64,000 nt of DNA. It comes from Eledone cirrhosa (Eukaryota). Location of the stretch: contig OZ024743.1 in assembly GCA_964016885.1 (NCBI GenBank), forward strand, positions 23,498,001 through 23,562,000, written 5' to 3'. Below the pieces are notes generated by a model. The model was not told where the DNA came from, did no database searches, and saw only the letters and a list, made by a program, of their open reading frames with translations. Below are positions 53,218 through 64,000 of this stretch, in pieces (position 1 is the stretch's first letter; the number at the start of each line of letters is the position of its first letter). The position numbers were made by a program, and so were the translations under genes.

Positions 53218-56136
53218 GAAAATGATTCCTTTAGTAGGAATATTTTTGAATGAACATATTTTCCTTACTTATTCGTATTTGTTCTGTTGTATTGTCAGTG
53301 CAAACGTATGTTAAGGTTTATTTAGTTCGGGTTTTTATTTTCTAAAGTAGAAGGTGTTATGTGTGTGTGTGTATGTCATATTATGGTGTTGACATAATGT
53401 ATATTAAACCATATTTAATGCTGGTCTATATTTTTGAATAAACATATTTTCCTTATTTATTCGTATTTGTTCTGTTGTATTGTTAGCGCAAAGGTAAAAT
53501 GGGAAGACTTGGAATTTGGGTGTCTTATTACTTGCGCAAATGTCTAGATGTGCACTTAGTGGTATCTGTCTCGTGGTTGGATCTCGTAATTGTTGGCGAT
53601 GAACTGTCATTCTGTTTCTGAGTGTGAGTTTAGTTTGTCCTATATAATCTTCATTGCATCCTTTACATTTAATGGCATAAATTAGATTTTTTGATGAGCA
53701 AGTGAAGTGATTTTTTACAGTAAAATTTTGTCCTGATTTAAATGTATACGTGTTGCCTTCAATGAGGTGGTGCAGGTTCCACAATTAGAGCGACCACATT
53801 TTTTGATACTTGGTTGAGGGTTTGTGGTAGGTAATTTGGCATTGGTGAGTAATGTTTTCAGTGATTTTGGTTGTCTTTTGCTTTTGATTATTTTGTGTGT
53901 TTCAAGGGCTTTTTTCATTCTTGGGTTTTGTTTTAGTAGTGGGATGTTCTTGTGAATAGTGTTGTAAGCTTCCGCATTTCTTGGGTTGTGTGTTGAGATA
54001 TATGATAGAATATTGGACGTACCTTGAATTTGTTTCTGTGTTTCCGTAATTCATCAATGCCTATTGCTTTAGCCCTTTCTATTCCATTATTTATTAGTAA
54101 TAGTGGGTACTCTCTCTCGAGTAGAATTTCCTTTAATTCTTGAAGTCTTTTATTTCGCGTTTCATAATTGGAGACAATTGTGCAAATTCTTCTTGCTAGG
54201 TTAAAAAGAATGTTCGTCTTCGTGTGCTTTGGATGGTTGGAGGTGAATAGCAGATATTGTTTGGAATCTGTTGGTTTGTAGTGTATGTCAGTTTCGATAT
54301 TTGTGTCTTTTTTTAAGATTAAGATGTCCAGAAATGGGAGTTGATCTTGGCTGTATTCCATTATGAATTGGATGTGGTTATTGATGCCGTTTATTAAGTT
54401 TTTGAAATCCTTCAGTTGGTCGAGTGTGTGGGACCAAAGAATGAGGCAATCATCCAAGTAGCGTTTCCAATTCTCTGATAAATATTTGTGGAAGTTCAAT
54501 CCGTATTTTGATTTGGACTGTTCATATATCTGGACTTCTAAGTATGCCATGACTAAGTTGGCATAAGTTGGAGCGGCTTTTGTACCCATCGCAGTCCCCG
54601 ATATTTGCTTGTAAGTATTGCCATCGAAATCAAAAAAGTTGTTCTATAAGATGAATTTTAATCCCTCGGTGATGAAGCTTTTTTCTATTCTGTCAGGTAT
54701 CTCATTGGGATATTTCTCTAGCCAGAATCCTATTGCTTCTAGTCCGTATTGGTGTGGGATCGTTGTGTAGAGATTCACTACATCGAAAGACACAATAATA
54801 GTGTCGTTGTTGACATGTTTGGGGAGGTGGTTTAAGAGGTCCAGATCGTCTCTTACAAGGCTTGGTATGTGTTTCAGTATTGGTTACAGTAGTATGTCTA
54901 TAAAGTTGCTCAGTCTGTGTGTTTCACATTGTGGGCCCGCTACAATTGGTCTTAATTTAAGGTCTGTGGGGTATTGTGTGTTCACGCAGGCTGAGGTGGA
55001 TTGTTTACAGGCATCGTTGATTATTTTACACTTGTGGATCTTCGGAAGTCCGTAAAGGTTGCTGGTTTTGTATTCAAAATTTGTTAAATAATCGCGTTCC
55101 TTTCTAGTTAGGTCTTCCTGGTATCGATAAATCAGTGTGTTTAATTTGGTCATTATTTTTGATTGCTGGTAGTTTTTTACTCTTTCATAGTAATTAGTAT
55201 TTTGTAAGAGAGAGAACATAGAATTTTTATATTATTCAGCCTCCATAATGACAACAGTACTTCCCTTGTCCGCTTCCTTAATTATAATGTCCGTATTGTT
55301 TTTTAGTTCATGGATAATCTCCCATTCCCTTCGACTCGTGTTGGGTTTGGGTTTAGGTTGCGGTAGTTCATGGTATGGGAAGGTAGCTATGTGGTCACAA
55401 AATTTGTCCAGAACTCTGTTTCTACCTTTTGTTGGGTTGTAGCTGCTTTTATTCCGTACAATTGATTCATCGTTATTCTCCTTGTCAAAGAATTCCTCTG
55501 TGAGACGTAATTTTCTACAGAAGTGTGAGATATCGTCATTTATCTCATTGGGGTTAGAGTATTGTGGTGTTGGTGTGAATTTCAGTCCTTTGGAGAGAAT
55601 GTTTACTTGTTGGGCTGAGAGGTTTGTATTTGAAAGGTTAATTATTTTCGGTTTTTCAAAATCGGTTAGTGCCACCGGGTGTCGTGAGTCCTGTAGCCTT
55701 GGTCTAAAAAAATGATTTTTCTGGAATGTTTTTTCAATGGTATTATTATATATCTAATGGTATTTCCCCTGTTGTTGTGTGGTCTTGTATAGAAGTTTCG
55801 GACGTATTGAGATTCGGTTTGTTGATAGTCCGGGTTGTAGATTTTGTTCCTTTGTGTGGGTTGGGATCTACGGTTTTGGAACAGGCCCTGTGTGGGCAGG
55901 GGTATACGGTTTTGGTATAGGTTTTGTGTGGGTTGTGATCTGCGGATCACATATATATATATATCACATATATATATATATATCACATATATATATATAT
56001 CACATACATATATATATATCACATATATATATATCACATATATATATATATATCACATACATATATATATATCACATATATATATATCACATATATATAT
56101 ATATATATATATCACACACATATATATATATATCAC

Positions 56137-56281
<145 letters not shown>

Positions 56282-56311
56282 AAAAACCACAGACCCTCCA
56301 TCTCAACTCTA

Positions 56312-56347
56312 CTTTTGAAAAGCAGAAGAACTGCGAAACCGGTAAAG
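56312..56347 (+). ncRNA. Second copy of the U3:A8 minimal hammerhead, in the inverted pLTR
   Basis: ctt-TTGAAAA-gcag-aagaa-ctgc-GAAA-ccgg-TA-aag. Confidence 0.72.
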
Positions 56348-56484
56348 GAACCAAATAAATATATATATTTTTTTTTAAATAAGACTTCAGTTGCATTTTC
56401 GATTTCATCTTTTTTTCTTTATACTTTCACTCGTGTAGGACACCTCGGTTATTTTTCATTTTGTAAAAAAAACCTCACTCTCTA

Positions 56485-56523
<39 letters not shown>

Positions 56524-56549
56524 TATATACATATATACATATATATATA

Positions 56550-56886
<337 letters not shown>

Positions 56887-57043
56887 AAAGGTGAAGTTGG
56901 AAATAACGCGTAAAATATATTTTAGGGTCTGTTTTTCTTTTTTTTCTTTGATTCGTCAAAGTGACATTATTGAAAATATGAGAGGGATAATTCTTTTTAA
57001 AAAAAGTTTTATAATGTATATATAGTATATAAAAGTATATAAA

Positions 57044-57089
57044 GTATTACCCGTTTCGATGTATTATTAAAATTCATCTTATCAAATGT
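57044..57089 (-). ncRNA. Hammerhead-like motif with a UUGAUAA (U3:A8) core and weak stem I
   Basis: Minus strand at-TTGATAA-gatg...catc-GAAA-c-gg-g-TA-at. Confidence 0.55.
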
Positions 57090-57304
57090 TGAGTATTACA
57101 ATTAAAAAGAATTAATAGGAATTAAAAACTAAAAATTTAAGATTTAAAATCAATTGTTGGAGTAAGTTTATTTCCCATCTTCCATTCCACTTCTGAGCAA
57201 GGAAGATGGGGAAAAAACTTACTCCAACACTTAATTTTAAATCTTTAATTTTTAGTTTTTTTAGTTTTTTTAATTCCTTTTTTAGTTTTTAATTCCTATT
57301 AATT

Positions 57305-58495
57305 ACAACCAGGACTATCAACAAACCGAACCTAAGTACGTCCGAAACTTCTATACAAGACCACACAATAACAGGGGAAATGCCATTAGATATAGTATTA
57401 CCCATGAAAAAATCAATTCAGAAAGATCATTTATTAGACCAAGACTACAGGACCCACGACACCCGGTAAAACAAACTATTTTTGAAAAACTGAAAATAAT
57501 CAATCTTTCAAATACAAACTTTTTAACCCAACAAATTAAAATTCTCTCAAAAGGACTGAAATTCACATGAACACCACAATACTCTAACCTCAATGAGATA
57601 AACGACGATATTTCACACTTCTGTAGAAAATTACGTTCAACATAGGAATTTTTTGACAAGGAGAATAGTGATGAATCAATTGTACGGAATAAAAGCATCT
57701 ACAACCCAAGGGCAGGAACAGAGTTTCAGACAAATTTTGTGACCACATATCAACTTTCCCATACCATGAACTACCACAACCTAAACCCAAATCCAAAACG
57801 AGTCGAAGAGAATGGGAGATTATCCATGAATTAAAAAACAATACTGACATTATAATTAAGGAAGCGGATAAGGGAATCACTGTCGTCATTATGGATGCTG
57901 AACATTATAAAAACTCTATACCCTCTCTCTTACAAGACACTAACTACTATGAAAGAGTAAACAACTACCAGCAATCAAAAACGATGACCAGATTAAATGC
58001 ATTTATTTATAAATACCAGAAAGACTTAACTAAAAAGTAACACGATTATTTAACACATTTTGAATGCTAAACTAGCAACATTTGCGGACTTCCGAAGATC
58101 CACAAGTGTAAAACAATTAACGATGCCTGCATGGAATCCACCTCAACCTGCGTAAATATACAACACCCCACTGACCGTAAATTAAGACCAATTGTAGCGG
58201 GTCCACAATGTGAAACATAGAGTGAGTAACTTTATAGACATACTACTAAAACCAATTCTCAAACACATACCAAGCCTTGTAAGAGACGACCTGGACCTCT
58301 TAAACTACGTCCCCAAACATGTCAACAACGACACTATTATTGTCTTTCGATGTAGTGAACCTCCTCACGACTATCCCACACCAATACGGACTAGAAGCAA
58401 TAGGATTCTGGCTACAAAAATACTCCAATGAGATCCCGGAAAGGATAGAAAAAAAGCTTCATCTCGGAGGGATTAAAATTCATTTTACAAAACAA
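57305..58495 (+). mobile_element. Degenerate Penelope-like fragment, same family as 53404-55950, in opposite orientation
   Basis: Colinear with the reverse complement of about 54640-55845 (LSKGLKF, IKEADKG, LPKIHK, FDVVNL). Contains stops. Confidence 0.9.
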
Positions 58496-58509
58496 AAATG
58501 TGTCCAGCG

Positions 58510-58940
58510 ATTATTTACTGAGACATTCTAACCACATGCTCATAATATCGGATTTGTGATCTCTCAATTCGGAGAAGTAGCGGCTCTACTAGGAGTGACT
58601 CTCTGGTCTCTGAGTTATGCACTTTATCGAGTAACTTTACTCCAAAGACCCTTCGGAGGAATCCCATTTCTGCCGCTGTTATTTGCAATTGTATTCTTTT
58701 GGTCATTACTCAAGATTCATGATCCTCAGTAAGAGTTGGCAGGAATACCAGGAAGACAGTGACTTTGGCTTTTACACTTACCCCCTTCATCTGATTGCTG
58801 AATGCTGAGATTGACGCATTACTGCATCATCTTTTGCAATTCTTGCACTTAATTCAGCCTCCTGCATTCCATCACTCATGAACACGGCTCCAAGATACTT
58901 GAACTTCTCTAACTGCTTCAGTAGAACTCCACTCACATGT
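58510..58940 (-). mobile_element. RTE-clade LINE fragment (second family)
   Basis: LKQLEKFKYLGAVFMSDG and AAEMGFLRRVFG. Confidence 0.85.
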
Positions 58941-59129
58941 ATATAAATTTGAGAGACTTCTGTCCACCCGTCCATCACACAATGTGTATGTGTGTTTGTG
59001 GGAATGTATGTGTGTGTAAAAGGCAGGAAAGGGATACACACATATATGTCTCTAGCTTAAAAACAGTGACACACACACATGTCTCTTATTTAAGAACACC
59101 GACAAACTCGCAGGAGCACATATACACAC

Positions 59130-59560
59130 TGTCTTATTACCACTCAAGAGCTTTGGCCCGGGCAAACATCCCCTCAATTTGGAACCGTCTGGGTTGTCCA
59201 GAATTGATGGGAAAAGACTTGACGGTCTTACTCTGTGATCCTGGTCAAGAGGTAGGTAGGTGCCTTACGTGAGACGTCACAGTTAGTGACTCTTTTGCTT
59301 CTTCCCACACTCTGGATGCAGCGGTAAGGGCGAGAGCTACAGCATCCGCAGCTGAACGGAACAAAATCCTAAAATACCGTGTTCTGTCAGCTAACTACAT
59401 TATCCAGCCTGTGGGGTTCGAGACGTTTGGAGGAGCCGGGCTACTGACAGCGAGGTTCCTATCTTCACTGGCGGCTCGCCAAACAGAGGGAACTGGTGAT
59501 GCTCGTGAGGGCACTTGGTTGTTCCAGCACCTCAGCCTCGCCATTACCCCAGGTTCACCT
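59130..59560 (+). mobile_element. CRE-like RLE retrotransposon 3' fragment
   Basis: RALARANIPS..EPSGLSRIDGKRLDGLT..DVTVSDS..AAERNKILKY..PVGFETFG..WLFQHLSLAI. Confidence 0.8.
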
Positions 59561-59627
59561 GAGTGAGCATTCGATGCGTAATTTCCAGTAAGTATAAAGA
59601 TGTAGTACTAAGCAGAGTGTAATTATA

Positions 59628-59808
59628 ATTGTTTCTACTTTAGGCACAAGGCCAGCAATTACTCAGTGCATTACTGGTACTTTATTTTATCGACCCCGTA
59701 AGGATGAAAGGCAAAGTTAACCTCGGCGGGATTTGAACTCAGATCGTAAAGGAACGTAACTATGCTGGAAAGCATGGCGTCCGACCCTCTACCGATACTG
59801 CCAATCCA
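59628..59808 (-). mobile_element. SINE family 1
   Basis: Reverse complement of 986-1172, with attataat flanks. Confidence 0.9.
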
Positions 59809-59930
59809 CATTATAATGATAAAAGGGACGATCTGTTATGCCTTCATTACGTTTGAGTAGTGACACGTGTTTTGCTATTGATCAGCGCTCAAGTTTCGAT
59901 CTGGCCTGGCTCTGTTATGGCAATGGCAGA

Positions 59931-60061
<131 letters not shown>

Positions 60062-60363
60062 TGTGTGTGTGTGTGTAACTAAATATACAAGGCTCAAAGG
60101 TAAATAGAGAATTATATAACCATTGTATACATCTATAAGCGTGGAAATATTCAATTCTAGATATATGTGTGTATAGGCGTGTATGTTTACATGCATATGT
60201 TTGTCTGTATACATCTAGGTATAGGTGAATGTGTATGTATGCACGTGTATATATTTATACGTATATATAAGTATATATATGTGTGTGTGTGTGTGTATGC
60301 ATCTGTAAGTATATAGGTATATAAGTGTGTGTATGAACATCTATGTGTGTGTATGAATATATA

Positions 60364-60415
<52 letters not shown>

Positions 60416-60985
60416 TATGCAGGTGTGTCAGTGAGCCTATATAAGTATATGTATATCTGTGTGTGTAGATGTGTCTCTATATATAAATGTGTGTATAAGT
60501 AGATAAATGCTGTTTATAACATTTTTAAAACATATATAATTATATAATTTTCATGAACGTTTTTTTAACAATACAAGATTTATTTATCAAAATTTGAACA
60601 AAAAAATTCAGAGGGATGCAAATGTTGTCATCCGACCTAGGTTAATAATATGAAGTACCACTCAAGTACTGGGGTTGATTTAATCAACTTTGCCCTTCCC
60701 TAAATTTGCTGGCTTCGTGCTTTAATTACAAGTAAATAAATAAATAAGTAAATATTCTCTCTCTTTCATTCACTGCCTCTCACTATTATAAGCAGATGGG
60801 GCCCATGCGCTGGCCGACAGAATAGAGAAGGCGTTTCCCCAAGGATGGTGAGGGAGACGCGTTGGAAGAGCCATTCCAGCTCGCGAGGCTCACACCTTCA
60901 GGTCGCCAACTCCGTAAGGGGAGTAGGGAGGTAATCCTAGGGCCAAGGACACCAGAAGTCTCATGAATTATTTCCCTTTAAAATA

Positions 60986-61146
60986 ATTGTTTCTACTTTG
61001 GGCACAAGGCCAGCAATTATCCCAGTGCATTACAGGTACTTTATTTTATCGACCCCCGTAAGGATGAAAGGCAAAGTGATTTGAACTAAGATGGTAAAGG
61101 GCCGTAACTCCATGCTGCAAAGCATGGCATCCGATCCTCTACCGAT
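60986..61146 (-). mobile_element. SINE family 1, with a small internal deletion
   Basis: Reverse complement of the family 1 consensus, with taaaataat-like flanks. Confidence 0.85.
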
Positions 61147-61496
61147 AAAATAATCTTGTTGATTTTTTGTTTGCTTTTGAATAAATTTTGTTGTTTTTTT
61201 AACGCTAGAAAAATAGCGTTATGAGAGAGTGTAGAAAAAACCGCTAGTTTTCATATTATGCGCTCTCGCCATTCCAATGGATCGTCTTATAAGGTTCTCC
61301 ATCTTATCGGACACATTTTGCTTGCTTCTATTTAATAGGGTTTTTTTATTCTCTCGTTGATGGGGAGGTGCAAAAATTTACCTATATAGCATGGAATATG
61401 TACAGATATTGATTATACGGATTTTCACCCAACATTATTCGAATAATTGGATGTACAACTGTCTTGAAACATGTGTAAGGAAATATATTATATATA

Positions 61497-61551
<55 letters not shown>

Positions 61552-61565
61552 ATATATATATATAA

Positions 61566-61653
<88 letters not shown>

Positions 61654-61662
61654 TATATATAT

Positions 61663-61716
<54 letters not shown>

Positions 61717-61955
61717 ACGTAAATATATATATATATATGTGTGTGGGGGGGGGTGTAATAGTAATAAACGAAAGATTATACTTTATATCATCTCTATTTA
61801 TTTCATTATATATATTTCGAAGATGTAAAGTTTTATGTATAACATAAACAAAAACCTGTTCTCTTCTGATAAAATACATAGAGAAAATGTATAATTTTGT
61901 TCATGATATGCTGGTAGACAAACGAGCTGGACAGATCGATGACCACCGAGCATTG

Positions 61956-62018
<63 letters not shown>

Positions 62019-63055
62019 GAAAAATGGCGAGCTGTGTTGTTGCAAATAGGATATATATAAAAATGAAGAATTAGAAATAGAAGCCAGGACTATCCGTCAT
62101 CAGTGGTCTACTAGCCATCATAGGTATTTCTTCGTATTACAGACCATATACCTCCAGCTAGGGAAATGCAATAACTAAAATAAGTTATTGGGATAAAAAG
62201 AGTTGGGTGGAGAAAGAGAGACAGGTAAACAAACACGAATGGTGAGGCAACGTAAAGAGAGAAAAAAAGGGGAAAATCAAGTCAATAATTCATTTTGAAC
62301 ATAAGAACTTGCGAATATTGACGAGAAGACGAAAGACACATCTTGGCCGTGCGGATGTGAGCGAGGACAGAATTTCGTACGGTGTGGGACGATGGAGGAA
62401 GGGAGAGAGAGGGTGAGTAGCAGAGAGTGAGTGAATGAAAGTGTGAGGACGAGGCTAGCCGAGAGAGGGTGACTAGCAGAGGGGGTGAGTGAAAGTAAGG
62501 GGGAGAAGGAGAGAGACGGGGGAGAGAGAAAGAGGATAGCAGTAAGGGAAGAGAAAAACACAGGTCACAGCGAAGGGGAAAGCATATAGGAATGAAAAAT
62601 GACAACAACAACAAAATGAACAAACAAGAGGATACAATACCATAAAGTGTATTAATTTCACGTTTGGAGGAAGAAGAGTGAGTTACATATACGACCGTAC
62701 ATTAACTAAGCATGTAGCTTACGGCGTTAGTTTGTTCGGGTTTATCGGTTCAGTTTAAAGAGCCTATGGTTTATTTCGGATGATGGTTATAGGTTGGGTA
62801 AGCTCAGAGTGTGTAGAGCATAGCCAATTACACAATTCGTTCGTAGTGGCTGCAACATTCTCATATCAGTGACTGGCATGGGTCGGTGCTTGGTTTACCG
62901 GAAGGTGGGGACATAGAAGAACGTACATGATTTAGCTCATACTTGAACGGTGTGGTTTGGGTGTCTAAAGTTGAGTGTGGAAGTATGGTTGCTTTACTTC
63001 AGCTTGGATTGTTAGTAACTTTGATTTAATCAAGATACATTTACGTTCGATTTAA

Positions 63056-63137
<82 letters not shown>

Positions 63138-64000
63138 CAAATTTACAGATAAATGTAAATATAGAGAGAGAAAGAACCATATATCTTATGAGAACACACA
63201 GTATTTTGTAACCATGCAAAGTACATATATCAAGGAAGACTATATACTTTAGACTGAAAAAGTTCTTATTCCTTATAACGCTATTTCATGATTTGAAGAA
63301 CCATAACTCAAAATAGATAGATCATCGATCATCAACTATCGATTTTGGTTAGGTTATGGGAGTCGCGAATCAATCATCAGAGGAATTCGTCAATTATATA
63401 AATTAAAATAAATATAGTTGGAATATAGTATATAATACAAAATATCTGTCTATATCTACTAGGATCCAACGATCAGTCTCCATGCGAAAAGCAGCATTGT
63501 GTAACAACGTTTAACCCATGGCTACAGATACAAACAAAACTAGACGTCATTTCCGCTAGAAAGAGGTACGAAAATTTTAGTCACAGCAGCTTGACAAATA
63601 TAGGATTTGGAGCTGTCAGATACAAATTTAAGGTATCAAAATATATCAATTATGTTTGATATTTGTGCTTATGCATACATCATATTTTCTTTCTCTGGCT
63701 GCCTAGTCTTTGTTATCTAGTATGAGACATGTAGTATGAGCGGTGAGTGGAAGTGACAAGAGATGTAGAGTCACAGTCTGGCCATGTATTTTTTCAAGCA
63801 CCATTCAAAGTTGAGGGTTTCACTTCATCTTATAACTCGACTATATTATCCACAGAGTATATAATATTGATGTTTTTAACTATAGATTTATCCATACCGT
63901 TAATTACATTGATACTTTGCTTCAAAGTTTTTCTCAGATAATATCAGTTAGCTATCACACTTTTATCCAAATGACCGCTGCTGATATATTCAACTCTCAC

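Noticed and set aside
61850-64000. Promoter or gene start near 62000-62400 (aaaatggcg motif, CpG-richer patch) and short ORFs at the window end
   Set aside because: There is no supportable splice or ORF structure. It could be a 5' UTR, a promoter or a decayed TE, and the sequence alone cannot decide.

Overview
AT-rich eukaryotic DNA full of microsatellites. The SINE, LINE and Penelope content suggests an animal, probably a cephalopod mollusc (inference). No prokaryotic features and no CRISPR array. A host gene the ORF track misses can be rebuilt on the minus strand from four phase-compatible GT-AG exons (50409-50460, 13024-13229, 3786-3894, 2133-2231). It encodes a signal peptide followed by a heavily N-glycosylated extracellular region. 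Its introns and upstream region are filled with transposable elements. These include an (ATT)n-anchored 17-kb array of L1/Tx1-like elements (+ strand) alternating with R4/Dong-like elements (- strand) and a SINE; six coding Penelope-like elements from three families; about ten minimal hammerhead-ribozyme motifs, three with a U3:A8 covariant core; RTE, CR1 and CRE fragments; mariner remnants; piggyBac- and hAT-like MITEs; a non-coding LTR element with a tRNA-Trp-like PBS; and a 29-bp minisatellite. The leading candidates for something new are a conserved splice donor and pyrimidine tract at the Tx1 ORF1/ORF2 junction that could fuse the two ORFs, the reciprocal Tx1/Dong array sharing one microsatellite, and the variant hammerheads with their strand bias.
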